Assembly: GCF_000315625.1 (NCBI RefSeq)
Contig: NW_005434618.1
Span: 269,038-333,037 of the forward strand
From: Guillardia theta CCMP2712
Lineage: Eukaryota > Protista > Cryptophyta
Direction of reading: 5' to 3'
Length of the DNA stretch: 64,000 nucleotides
Part shown: positions 43,699-56,982 of the stretch, piece after piece
How the letters are laid out: each line of letters begins with the position of its first letter
Numbering within the stretch: position 1 is the stretch's first letter
Position numbers and translations under genes: made by a program
The notes under the pieces: generated by a model
The model's database searches: none
What the model was told of the DNA's origin: nothing
Seen by the model: only the letters and a program-made list of their open reading frames with translations

Positions 43699-46600
43699 CT
43701 GCCGCAGCTCTGCTGCCCTTGCACAGAGCAAGTAGGCAGACACCTGACAGTAGGGTGAGCTTTCATCTAACCCCCAGCTCCTCCTCACCTGGCTCCGAGT
43801 TTCTCTCCGCCCCCTATACTCCACCTGCTGCAGCCACCAGCTCTCTCTGGCCTCCTGCCCCACGCAAGAGGCAGCTGGGGCTCCCTCAGCGAAGAGCTCT
43901 TGCACGTCCTCGATCGTCACCACATCCTGGGGGCAGGAGTGAGGCAGGAGCAGAGCTCGTGTACTACTCTACGTGCTTCTTGGCCGCCTCCTGCGCCTGG
44001 TGGAAGGTAGAGTCGGCTCCCTCCTCCTGCACCTGTGCTCAGCAGCCTGGAGCGAGGGGGGAAAGAAGGGAGCGGTTCCTTACCATGTCGTGTATCTTCC
44101 TCTGCCCTATCGCGTACACTCGCTCTTCCACGCTGTCCTGCCGCGTCGGGTCAACCGGAGGAGGAGGAGGAGGAGGAGAGGAACCCGAACGATGAAGCGA
44201 TGAACGACCGTCTCCTTCGTCTGCCCAATCCTATGCACGCGTCCGATCGCTTGTGCCTGTGAGGCGATTATTCCTCAAAACTTCCATTCCCTTGGCTCCA
44301 CTCCTCCCACCTCCCTCCTCTCCTATCCTGGCTCCCTCCTCCAGCTCCCTCCTCCTCCAGCTCTCTTCACCTCCACTGCGACGTTGAGCAGCGGTTCGAT
44401 CAAGAACACGTGCGTCGCCTCGGTCACGTTGAGCCCGTTGGACCCGTTCTTGAAGGGCAGCAGCAGCACCTGGCCAACAGCTCAGCCCCTCTCCATCGCA
44501 CCGACCAGCTCTAGACCTGGAGGAGGGGATCGGCCTTGAAGCGCGCCACCCCCTTGCTGATTCCTTTCCCTCCCTGCCAGGTCCACGTCACCAGGAGCAG
44601 ACAAGTCCAGTCAGCCTCGCCTCGCATCGTTGATGGAAAATGCCGTTCTGCTCTAGAGCATGCGAGATGATCTTCAACATGTCTTCCCATTCGCTGAAGA
44701 CGATCGCCTTCTCCCCCTGCTTCAGCTGGCGCTGAACGTCACTGCCTCCTCCTCCCTCCTCCCTCCTCCCTCCTCCCTCCTCCCTCCTCCCTCCTCCCAA
44801 ACCTCCCTCCTCTCCCAACCTGCATGATCCCCTCCAGCAGCGCCACGATCTTCGTGCTGCTCCTCTGTCAGTCTTCTTTCTCAGCTCACAGTCTCGTCCC
44901 ACCTGTAGCTCCCGCGGATCTTCGACTCTCCTTTCCCCTGCCCAACGTCTCAGCAGGGCGAGGCCCATCGCTCCCTCCCACCTGCTGCTTGTCGTCCACC
45001 ACGTACGCCAAGTCCCCGCTCGGAAACACCATCCTGCATATCGGACATCGCTGCCTCGTCCCCGTCTTCCTGCTCAGGAGCGTCTGCGAGCAGTTGAAGC
45101 ACAGGACGTGACCGCAGGGCTGCAGCACGACCCCGATTCGTCTGGCGTCCTCATGGCAGATGGGGCACTCAAAGAGCGGCTCTCCGTCCTCCTGCTCCTC
45201 CTCCTTCACAGACTTCTGCAGGTGGTCCAAGTTCTTCAGGTAGCTGTGCTGCCCGCACGCGTACTGCAGCCTCCCCTTGGCGTCGGACAGCTCGAAGTCC
45301 AGCTGTCTCGTCCTCTCCTCCACGTGGCTTGGCAGAATCTTGTACAGCTCCTCCTCAGCCTCCACCTCCTCTCCTTCATACCTGCAGCCCTGTCAGCCTC
45401 GCAAGAGAAGCCGCCTCCTCTTACCGGGTCCTGATACGCATCGTGGCCATCTCCAGCTCGTCCAGCTTTTCCAGCCGCTCCCTCTGCGAGCGAGATGAGG
45501 AGAGAGCCAGAGAGCAGAAGGGGGATGAGAGGACGAGAGGGTGAGAGGGTTGCAAGCAGGAGAGCAGGAGAGCAGGAGAGCAGGAGAGCAGCAAAGGTGA
45601 CGTCACCTGCGCCTTCCACAGCTGCCCCCCCCTGTCAAACTCCTTCTTCAGGCTGTCCCACAGCTGGATGTGAGCCTTGGCTTTCTCCAGCAGCGATGGG
45701 TGGCCTTTGAGGTGCTTCTCGATGGTCCGGATCACCAGCTCGAACTCCGACGCCTTCCTCTCCGACGACTCAGCAAGCAGGTCGTAGCCGCGGCGAACGC
45801 CTCCTGCTCCCTCTCCCTGCTCCAGCTGCTCCTCCCAGTAGGCCAAGGCCCGCTGCCCCTCCCTCCTGTTCCGCTCGTAAGTTCTCTCCGCCATGTGGTA
45901 GAAGAGCCGATTCTTGTAGCGGTCCATCTCGTCCGACAGCAGGCAGTGGGGGCATCGTGGCCCGACCTTGCGGAAATTCGCCTTACAGTCGCCGCAATTG
46001 CCGCACAGCTCGACATCTCGCTCCGTCGGCTCTTTTGACAGCCTGTGGAGGCCGTCGATCAAGGTCTGACGGGCAGCCAGGAGCCTCTCCTCTGCTCGGT
46101 CCAGCAGGAGTTTCAGGCCGTCCAGCGAGGTGAAGCGGCCGACCATGCTCTCCTCCCTGGTCGCGTGCATTCCGGTCCGATAGTACTGGCGGCCCTCCGA
46201 CAGCACGGTGTGTATGTCGTCTAGCAGCTTCCCTCCTTTCGGGGAGTTCTGCAGCAGGGTGATGGCAGGGATGAACCAGCACCTTCCCACTTCCTCCAGC
46301 TTCGCCTCCACCTCCTTCGAGCACGCGGTGAAGCGATGCAGATGCTCTGTCACGTTCACACGCTGCGCCGCACAGTATCCCTCCCTGATCGACTTGGCCT
46401 GCTCCTCTAGCTTCGACACGTCCGGGTCGACCCCCCGGGAGATCTCCGCGAGGTTAAAGACGGTGTGCAGCTGTTGGAGCGAGTCCGTCTTGATGCCCTT
46501 TCCTATCCCTTCCTCCACGGCGCGCAGAGCGTTCCTGTAGTGCCTCGCTGCCACTTGCTTCTCCTCGTTGATCAGCGCCATGGCAGCAAGCCCGTTCTCC

Positions 46601-49302
46601 GCTGCGATCACACACCGCTGAGCATCCTCACACTCGATCCGCGCCCTGTCGATCAGCTGCTCCAGGATCTCCTCCATGGTCAGCACCTTCTTGTGCACGT
46701 TGTGGATCCCCGACCCTCCCACCTGAGGGTGACTACAAGCCTGTCGAAGCTTGAGAAGCTGATTCAAGAACCTCCGGGACGCATTGCTGTCCAACGACCT
46801 CACCCCGAGCTTTCGGCAAGAGGACAGGACGGATTTGGCCGCCTCAGACACGTAGGTGTGCTGCCTGCGGTAGAACTGATACTCGATGGGCGAGAAGTTG
46901 AGCTTCACTTCTACCGTCTTCTGCTCGGGCAACTTGATCTCATCCAGCACGTCCTTCTTCTGCGACCTCCACATCAGCCGGTGGACCCACGCATCGAGGC
47001 GGGCCCGGGCTCTCTCCAGCCCGGCCATGTAGGGCATCTGCACGCAGTTGAGCCAGAAGGGTCGCTGATCGAAGGGTCCGGCATCGAGGAAGACTGCAAG
47101 ACCGTGCAGATCCTCCAGGCCTCGCTGGATGGGGGTGCCGGTAACGCACCACCTCCTCTGCGATCGCAAGAGGGCGGCCATCTGCGAGGTGTTGGCAGTC
47201 CTTGACTCAACCATCTGCGCCTCGTCGAGGCAGACTCGCCACCACTCGACGCGGAGGAGAGGGCTCTTGCTCACCTTGTACTTCTTCTCATTACGGAGCA
47301 GGCGACTCTGATCGCTCTTGTAGTAGATGTCAGTGCGCAGAACCTCGTAGGTGGTGAGGACGAGGTCTGAAGCAAGGATGGCCTTCATGATCTCTTCTGC
47401 GTCTCCACCATCCTTGAGCCCGTTGTAGACGTAGATGCGAAGCTTGTTGGGAGGAAGGTGCCGCTCAATCTCCGAGATCCACTGGTGGAGGATAGGCATC
47501 GGACAGACGATGAGCGTGGCAGAGACCGTTTCCATTGCTTCCGTCTCCTCCTCCTCCTGCCCTCCGACTCTCCAGTACCTTCCTTCGCACTGACCAAAGA
47601 GTCCAGCAGCATGATACACTTTCTTGTCACGAGCACCAGGATCTTTGCTCGTCATGGATCTGACGGTGTTCTTCCCCACTGGCATCCAATAGATCCTTGA
47701 ATCCAGAGCCGTCCTTCCCTCCACCTCCACCAGCATCTCCTCTATCTGCTGCTCTCCTCCTGACAACCTCACGCCATGCACCCTCGCTCTCTTCCACATC
47801 CTCTTGTCCATGACCAGGACCTCCGACCCCACACAGAGTCCCCCAGGGACGATGAAGTTCCCAGGAAAGTTACCCACCACCACTTTGAACCGCTTGGAGG
47901 TCAAATCGTCGACCGTGAGCGGGTCTGCAATGAAGTTACAGGCACTAAGACACGCTAGAGGCTGAGTGGGCAGCGGCTGAGCAGACCTGGCTCGCTTCTC
48001 TTCCTCTTCCCGAGCTCGAAATCTTCATCGTCGCCATAGTCAACGGCTTTGTGCGAGGAGGCGATGAGCTCGAGCAGCTCCACAGTCTTCCCGAGGCCCA
48101 TCTCATCGCACAGCACACCTCCCTGCTTCCAGTCAGCTCTCTCCTCCGATGCCTCTGACTCTGAGTACCCTCAGATCGTCGACGAGATGCGTCGGCCGCG
48201 TCGCAAGGTGTCCAGTCCACTCGCAGTAGAAGAGGCTGCGTTTCCTCCTCCCGATGCGACAGCACTTGAGGGCAGGATGCAGCAGCGGCTCCCTTTCTTC
48301 GACAGGTTTCTCGCGCTCCTCCATCCAAGAGACAGCTCGCAACTGATACGGGCTGATGCAACCAGCAGGAAAGGAGCACACAGCAAGTCAGGGGGCGGGA
48401 AACAAGGGCTGAGTGAGCACCGGAGCAAGGGATGAAGGACGTCGCTCTGCTGCCTCCTGCTGCTGAAGTCTTTGTGCTTCATGGCCTCGTACACCCGATC
48501 AAGATCGAACGTTGAGTCTGCGGCATGTCAAGACCCTCCCAGTCCCCACTACCCTCACCTTGAACCTTCGGGCCGCTCCGGTCCACGAGGAATGGAGCGA
48601 ACCACGTGAAGAGAACGGCCAAGGCGTCGGCGTGCCTCAGAGCCGGGTACAGGCTGCTGAGGGTGTCTGAGGAGACTGCTGTCCTGTCGATGACGCTGAA
48701 CACATGTCTCAGGTCAGCTGGGGGAAGCGAGGGAGCTGGGAGGGGACGAGGAGGGAGCGAGGAGGATGAATTTGGGTGCCTGACCTGGGGTGGAATTTAA
48801 GCAGGAGGCAAATCCGTCCTGCCTCCTTGACAACTACTTGGACGACGATGACCTCAAAGTATAGGAGCCTTTTCATCGCAGAGAACATCTTCGGGTCAAG
48901 AGCGCCATCTCCGTCCATGAAGTCTATCGTGCCTTCCAATGCCGACACCAAGTTGACTAGCTCGCCTTTCTCCTCCTCGTAGAATATCTCAAACGTACGG
49001 CTCACTCCTCCTCCTTCCTCCTCCTCCATCCTCTCTTCCTCGAGCCTGAATTGGAGCCGACGATCAGGAAGGGACATTCTCTCCGGAAGGTTTCCGTCGT
49101 CGAGTTCTAGAGTCAATTCGCCAATAGCCCAATCCTCCTCCTCCTCCTCCATTTCGCCCTCTTCCGTCTCCTCTTCGTCCTTGTCCTCCGTCTCTTCTTC
49201 CTTCTCCTCTTCTTCCTCCTCCATGACGGACTCTGCCACTCCTCGCTCGTCCTTTCCTGGAACCATCAGCGCCCGCGCAAACCGTGCGCTTGCTCGCGCC
49301 AT
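43549..49302 (-). CDS. SHPRH: SHPRH-like SNF2 helicase / RING E3 ubiquitin ligase
   Basis: PYQLRAVSWM; motif I GGVLCDEMGLGKTVE; ATLIVCPMPILHQW; VLTTYEVL; SPLLRVEWWRVCLDEAQMVE; RWCVTGTPIQ; LLKLRQACSHPQ; RING CPIC..CGHVLCFNC..CPICR; KAIVFSEW; NGLNVTEATHVFLIEPLLN; AQAIGRVHRIGQ. Confidence 0.93.
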
Positions 49303-49766
49303 TGGAGGTCTTTGGGGGAAGGACATATGTGTTCTGTAGGGGTACTAAATAGGGGAAAGAGGGGGTGGTCATCGTTGGTGCAGCAATCCAAAAAAGGCAG
49401 GTCTCTTTGGGAGGGAGGGGAAGAGAAGGGGGGGGGGGGGGGGGAGGAAGAGGAGGGGAAGGGGGGGGGGGGGAAAAAGAAGGGAAGAGAAGAGAAGGGG
49501 AGGGAGCGGAAGAGAAGTGGAGGGTTGATTGCCCTTTCCTTCTTGTAGTTAGGCGACATGTTTAATATTCCTCCCTTGTCTCTACTGGGCTATTCCCTCA
49601 GCCTCTTTCTTCATGTCTGCTCCGTCTCCCCGTATGTCCCTGTCTTCTCTTCCCACATTCGCCCCATCAACTCATCCGCATCTTCATCATGACAGCGACG
49701 CACCAACCTCCCGTGGGTCCTAGACCAATCTCTATGTATCGACAATTTTAACCTTGCTATTTACAT

Positions 49767-52135
49767 TCACTTGCCGTAAAACGGCTCCCCCTCATCGTCT
49801 GTGTAGAAGGGGCCATCATTCTCCTCCGGCTGCAGATACTGGCACTCTGCCAGCACCTGATCGCGCAAGTAGCACCTGCGCTCGTACGCCTCCAGGGCCT
49901 CCTTCGGAGGGTCGTTGAGCATGGAGTCCAGGATGGCCTTGAAGACAAGGAGACAGTGCTCGCAGATCACGGTGATCCACACGCGCTCCACCGGCGTCAT
50001 CTCCGGGAAGTAGAAGAACAGGCCATGGCTGGTGAACCCGACGAGAGCGCAGTTGGTCAGGATGCAGCACGTGCTGATAATGTCCAGGATCACTTGCCAG
50101 GTGCCGATGTCCGCTGCCACCTTGGTCGGGGGCCTCTGAACGCCCTTGAGGAGCTTGTACGCATCCGTGCGGATCTCCACAAGGTTGTTCATGAGGGAGA
50201 GAGCTGCAGTTAGTGGGAAAGCTGCCGCAAACAAGGTGACGTAGCCGAACTGAATGACCATCTCCTGGTACTCCTCGAACACCCCCGAGTACTGGTCAAG
50301 TTTGCTCTGCTTCTCTTCCTGCGACATGACCATGACGTTTTCCGCCTCCTCCGACTGCACCTCGTGGCTCTTGGCCGCCCGCTCTTTGAGGAAGATTCGC
50401 ACCCGGTTCTTCATGATCGGGAGGCCCACCTCCATGAACTGAGCGATCGTCAGTTGGAGGATGAATACTGCAGCCAATGTCCCCGCCAGCTCCGGCATGC
50501 AGTGCCACTCAGGACAGTGCATGTCTACCCCGTAGACCAACATGCTGTTCTGCACGAAAGCCACGAAGAAGCAAGCGAAGTACGCGTTGACGATCTTGAA
50601 GCAGAAATCCTTCGCAATAGTGGCGTCCTCATACTGCAAATAGAGAAGACATCAGGAAGATCAACTCTACGATTCAAAGAGATACTGACCTGAGTTTCTG
50701 TCTGCCAATTTTCAAAGTCCGTGAGCAATTTGAGCACGTACTGATATATCTTGTTGAAGACCAAGATGGAAGTCGCTTGGCAGCATCCCCCGATGCTTTT
50801 TCCCACTGACGATAGACCTGCATAAAGTTCAGCATTCCTTGAACATTTTGCTGCTTCAATCACCGTGTGGCTGGAACTTTTGAACCAGTCGAAACTTGAA
50901 CAAGGCAATCGCGCACACCACTGCAATGACCGTGGCTATGAAGGTGCATACAACCAGTGCAGAAAGGCACAGAGCTATGTTTCTCCAAAGTGCATCTGAA
51001 GTACAATGAGATGAGACACTCTCTACCACCCGGCATATAAATGTACCTGGGTAGCGAACCACCTCGTTCTTATAATCGTGCATCCTTTCACGTGTGTAAG
51101 GATTCTGGATAAACTCTTTCCGATCTTCCTCTTCGTCCTCGAAAGTCAAAGTATCCCACTCATGTTGATATGTCTTCTCTACTCTTTTCCACCTTGGCAA
51201 GCCACAATGGTTACAAAGAAGTACTCTAGGAAAACACAAGCATACCCCGAAACAAAAACAACCGCCCAGACAGTGATAAAGCAACAGTACAAGGGAACCC
51301 ATGGGTTGTCCATACTGCCCGTAAGTACGTGCGAGTATAGGTTGCTTAGAAAAAGAATAAACCCACAAATAGCCGGAATCCACAGCATCGTTGTGTAGTA
51401 ACCAAGCCATACGAAATACAAAGCGATCTTTGTGCCAAAGTACTCTCGAATCGCTTCAATGGGTTGTGCTCGTCTCCACTGCCACACCCATCTCTGTTCA
51501 AGCCAGTCTCTACTCTGATCACGATGCAAGCCGAAGCACTGCTTGATTACTTGGTTCTTTTGCAGCTGATCCAAAGCAGTATTACCAGGAAGGACGTTCT
51601 CTTTTGGAATAAGCTGCGGTCCCATAGCGCGCTCGTCCTCGTCGTTGATTATGAACTCTAGGATTTGAAGTTGTTGTGCGCTGCTAAAGAGAGTCCCTTC
51701 ACTGGAATATTCGTAGAAAGGTTGAAGGTACTGCTTGAAAGGTGTCCATGCTCCCTCATTCTTTTCTTCTCTCCCATCCAAATCTTGTTGCCTCAACCTC
51801 AGCTTCAACAGTCCGCGTGTGCCCATCACTTCCGCTACTTGCTTCTGTCTTTTTTCAGATGCCGACACAAGTACAAACACCTCATCGCGAGCAATGGACA
51901 CAGTCTCTCTGACTAGTAAGTCCGCTGCCCTCAGTTTGTCGATGATTGGCTGCCGAATCTTTCTCGTCATGGAAGTCTTTAGATTGCCAGTGTCTTCATC
52001 CTCGTCGCGATCGAAAACGATACAGAAGCTCGCAAGGGAATCAGGAAATGAATTTCTTTCCGAGGCAAGAAGCTGCTCAGTCTCTTCATCGCTGCCTACG
52101 GCCTTCGACTTGCGGCCGGCCGCACGGCGCGACAT
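49767..52135 (-). CDS. Anoctamin/TMEM16 family Ca2+-activated scramblase or channel
   Basis: QPIEAIREYFGTKIALYFVWLGYYT; LTDFENWQTETQ|YEDATIAK; AQFMEVGLP; FEEYQEMVIQFGYVTLFAAAFPL; NNLVEIRTDAYK; DIGTWQ; CEH. At least four short introns. Confidence 0.95.
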
Positions 52136-52817
52136 TTAGTTTAACTTTCCCTGTTTCGAATGAACTTGTCGGTATGTCAAGGTGACGAATCTAATCATTC
52201 CAATCTAAGGAGAAGCATACAGGCATTTGATCGAGAATCCCTGCCCAAAACTTCAGTCAGCACACTGCGGGGTAAATCCTTCTTTGACAAAGCAGGTCAG
52301 GGAAGCATTTGTTGAATTCTTTAAGAAAGATCCTGACACATGTCCTCCTTTTGTTTCAGCCTCAACATTGTATCCAAAATTTTCTTCTACCGCTATGCTA
52401 CACATTCACTGTGACTCGCGAGCATCCTCCTCCACATTCTCATGATCATCATCCTTGTTTTATCCTCAAACTAATCCTCGCCCTCGCATTCATCATAATT
52501 CTGATCATTGGGCGCTAGTTTTCCCCGCCTTCTCCTCCTCTCCTTACTCAATACCTTCCTCCTAACCCCTGCCTGCTGCCATTCCACGTTCTATTTTCGA
52601 TTTTCTGTGTCTACCCCCTACCTCCACCCCCATTTCCGGCACATACCCCAGTTTTAACTAGATTTATACCAGTAACTTGTACCCCCTACCCCCATCAAGC
52701 AATTAGTACCATTGCTGCACCCCAGCTTTTCACGATTCGCATTATCGGTTATCCTGGCCGTTATCGCAAACTTGTTTCTTACAACGGTTCGGTAACGTAA
52801 GGGACATATAGGGGAAC

Positions 52818-55261
52818 ATGCGGCTTGCGGCAGTTGTAGCGATCGCGTCGTCGCGCTTGCTGCTCGCTGAAGCCTTCGTGGTCTCTCCTGCTGCTAGACT
52901 ATCTTCCTCCTTGTCTAGCTTCAACTCCTGCTCCTCGTCCTTCCTCCCCTCCCATCTCTCGACTGTACGACCTCAACTCTTACCGAGATCTGGATGCTCT
53001 GCAAGGATTGGCAAGGGGCTTCGGATGACCTTGGCAGCACCTGCCAAGATAGATGGACCACGATGGAAGAATGATGAAGAATATGCGTCGCTTGATGACG
53101 TCAAGATGCAAGAGGACATGAAAATGGTTGAGAAAATGGTAGATGACATCTCTGCTCTTTCCAAGAAGCTTGATCTGAAGAGTCTGGAGAACATCGACCC
53201 ATCCATCCTGGTTCAGCTCTCTAAGAAAGCCACGGATGCATCAGTGATACTCATGAATGTTGCGACGTTCGCTTCATGTGAATCCAGTGTGGATGGGACC
53301 AATGCCCAAGCCCGGGCGACGTCAGCGAAAGTTCGTGCACTCTCAGCCAAGCTGGGCCAAGCTGCTCAGCCGCTCTCGATTGCGCTCAAGCTAATCCCTG
53401 AAGACAAGGTCGAGAAGTATCTGAAGGAGCTGCCGCATGAAGAATTCTCCGTGAGACATCAACGCAAGGTAAAATTTGGAGACAAAACTGCGCAGGTTTG
53501 CTGACTTTGGCGTTCCCAGCTCCGCGATTTCACCCTCAGCCTTGAAGAAGAAAATCTGATTACTGCGCTTGGAGTTGATGGGCACAGCAGCTGGTCGCAG
53601 ATGTACAATACCATCTCGTCGACTCTCACATGCCAGGTCGGGGACAAGAGCATGGGGGTCGCTCAAGCCGCCGCCCTCCTTTCATCTCCAGACCGCTCCG
53701 AACGTCTCCAAGCCTGGAATGCCATCCAGGCCGCCTGGACGGTCCATGAGGAAGCAGCGGCGTCTACCCTCAACAGCATCATCGGCTGGAGACTCGAGTT
53801 GAACAGGAAGAGGGCTGAGAAGGCCGCACAGCCAGTCCATTTCCTTGACACCGCCTTGCACCAGGTTGGTTTTCGCTGTACCATGAACCTTCTGACTTGT
53901 TTGCACATTCAGAACCGTATGTCGCGCAAGACCTTGGATGCGATGATGCAGGCAGTCTCGGAAGCCCAGCCTCTCGCGCAGAAGGCGTTGAAGCTTCAAG
54001 CCAAGGTGTTGGGAATCGAGTCCTTGCATCCGGCCGACCTCTTTGCACCTCCGCCACAAGGCGCCCAGTCGTCGTCACTTGCTTTGCAATACGAGGAAGG
54101 CATCGGTAAAGTCTTGCTCTCCCTCCATCTCTCCATGTTCCCAGAGATACATTGTGTTACTTCCGGGAAGACTTGATCTTTCTGACTCGATGGCAGATCT
54201 CATCGCAGATTGTGTTTCTTCGGTCCATCCATCCGTCGGTGAATTCGTCAAGATGATGTCGCAGAAAGAATGGATTGAAGGGAAATCGGGAGACAAGAAG
54301 GTTCGCCTTGTACTTCGCTTTCCTTGCTCGGGCTGAGAGTTGTCTGCAGGCGCCTGGAGCGTACTGTACATCCTTCGCCAAGTCGAGAAATCCTCGCGTC
54401 TACCTGTCGTCCTACACAGGGTCCTACCAGCACGTTTCCACCCTTGCACACGAGTTGGGACATGCGTTCCACTCTTGGGTCATGAAGGACATGGAGCGAT
54501 CTGAGACCCGGTGGAGAAGTTGTTTCACTATGTGACCAACGCTGACCCTCGCTACCAGCTATCCCATGAATCTTGCGGAGACAGCTTCCATCTTCTTCGA
54601 GACGGTTGTTGGGGATCGGCTCGTGGCCATGGCGAAGACTCCTGAGGAGAAGCTTCGCTACAGTTGGTGAGGAAGAAACATTTGAGATTTGGTCCATTCC
54701 CCTGACGCTGGACCGAATCCCTCCCTCCTCCTTCCCCAGGTACGACGCTGAGAGTGCTGGGGCGTTTCTCCTCAACATCCCAACAAGGTTCGACTTCGAG
54801 TCTGAGATTCATGCTGCCCGAGAGCAGGGTCAGAACCTCACCCCAGACTTCCTCCGGAACACGATGACCAAGGCCTGGAAGGGTCGCTATGGCGATGCCC
54901 TCAGCGAGTATGACAGCATGTTCTGGGCTTCCAAGCTTCACTTCCACATGACGGGAGTGCAATTCTACAACTTCCCCTACACCTTCGGGTACTTGTTCGC
55001 CTTGGGAGTCTATGCACAGCAGGAGAAGCTCGGGGATGGCTTCTATCAGGCCTACGTCGATCTCCTGCGTGACACAGGAAGAATGTCGGCAGAAGAGGTT
55101 CGTCATGAGGCCATGGTGAGGGCTGGGCTGACGTGTGCGACCAGGTGGTGCAGAAGCACCTCAAGTGCAACATCGAGGAGCCGGAGTTCTGGCGAGGATC
55201 CATCAGGATCATCGAGAAGAAGATCGAGGTTTTGGAGAGCCTCGTCAACCAGGTTGCCTGA
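52818..55261 (+). CDS. pepF: Plastid-targeted oligoendopeptidase F (peptidase family M3B)
   Basis: Zn motif TLAHELGHAFH; APGAYCTSF; YPMNLAETASIFFE; WASKLHFH..FYNFPYTFGYLFALGVY. Presequence MRLAAVVAIASSRLLLAEA|FVVSP followed by a Ser-rich transit peptide. About 7 short introns. Confidence 0.93.
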
Positions 55262-55847
55262 GGCCCGACCGTACCGTACTCGCAGACATTAAAAATGCTG
55301 AACTGTGGAAGCCTGTCCGGGATGCCATACCAGGCCATCTTTGCTCAAATCAGCCCGCTAAGTCAACTTGAAGGACCGGGCTTTTGGGGCCGCTGAAATC
55401 CGACTGAGCTTGATCACTGATTAGACATCAGCGGCCCGGCTCTCTAAGTCATCTGAGGCGGGTGAAGATTTCCAACCGTTACCGTCAGATCGATTTCAGA
55501 TATGATGGGTAGGGTGGTACATTTACTACCAAGGGGTACTGGGAACACCAGAGGTAAAAGTAGGGGTAATGTTTAATGGTGGGTACAGCTATTCGAGGGT
55601 AGGGGTACTAGACGTTATGTCTGTTGGGGAGGAACATAGTAACTGCCGCACCATGTCCTGCGAGCGGGATTGGATGTGCGGAGAGGAGAAAAGGAGGAGA
55701 GGATCACGCTGTTAGGAGAAGAGGAAGAGGAGAAGAAAGGGAGCAAACGAGAAGACAGGTGTACGTAGACCATCGTAAAGCCCTTCTTGTTCAACAGGAG
55801 AAGGAGAAGGAACTCAGGCTAGTCGGGAAGATCCAACAAGCTGAAAA

Positions 55848-56982
55848 GATGCCGAGCTCTACATTCAATGCGATGAAGAATGCTTTCAAGGAGTATGACC
55901 CAGATTCATTCACGGAAGGAGGACACAGCAGCCATACTGTTGTGAGCAAGAAGGAAGCTGAACCTGCGATACCCGCACAGCCCAACAAGGGCAAGAGCCA
56001 CGAGAAGAGAAAGAGACAGCAGGACCAGATCAATCAGAGTCAGCATCCGGTCCATGAAAAAGCGTTCATATCCACGTGTCCTTCTGGGGACTTCAAGTCA
56101 AAGCACGGTGGCTGGGAGGGAACGTTCGCGATCAAGCATGGAGGGTTTCCCCATATGTTTGAGAACCTAATGCCTTCCAAGTCAAGGACGTGGCTAGGTG
56201 ACAAGGCAGAAAAGCCGCTGCAGAAGATGCCTGTCTTAGTGAAGTACCCGGACCAAGGCGGGCCGGGGTATCCTGACCGAACACTCGGAAAGGATTACAA
56301 GTATGTGAGCGAGCAGAACTTTGACATGGTGGAGAGGTTGAACCGGGGTTACAAGCTGGGGCTGGGGTCGGGCTTTCGGAATGAGGAGAAGGTGAACTTT
56401 CAAAGGTTCCTGTGCTAGGAATGATGACCTATTCAGATCCAAAGTGCTCCTTGGGTAACAACCTCTTCCAAGGCAGCCCTCTTCGATCCCTTCGAGCCGT
56501 ACAAGGTAGCATGTCACAGTGTCTGGATGGAAAACATTGATTTCCTATGGCGCAGGAGATCAACGCTAGTGTTTCGCGGGAGAACAGCACGAGACGAAGA
56601 GGGATCCCGCTCCACCCGGCACAGCACAACACTCCGTTCATCTCCGCCTCCAAGGTCCGGAGGCTGCCCACTGAGGTACAGGGAGCGCGGGCCGCGGACG
56701 CTCCTGACTGACCGTTTGCTCAGCTTTTCGGGTCCTTTGCCTACTTCCCCGACGAGTTTGTTGAGGACGGGTTCACAAAGTACGGGAAGATCGTAGAGAA
56801 GCAAGCGCGGGCGCGGGACGAGAAGCGAGGAGTCAAGCCCATCCATCATCCTCCGTGGGCCCTGACTTTCCTCTCTCCCTCCTCCAAGCTGACGCCTCCG
56901 TTGCTGCAGGTTCAGGACGAGCGGGCCGACCGTCTTGGCCAAGACCACACCTTCGATCGCCTTCCGGCATGTTCGACACTGA
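55848..56982 (+). CDS. Probable cilia-associated protein, CFAP96/UPF0602 (DUF4586)-like (ends uncertain)
   Basis: Basic G/P/Y-rich repeats SKHGGWEGTF, YPDQGGPGYPDRTLGKDYKYVSE and LFGSFAYFPDEF; C-terminal KTTPSIAF. Family assignment is by motif resemblance only. Confidence 0.45.
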
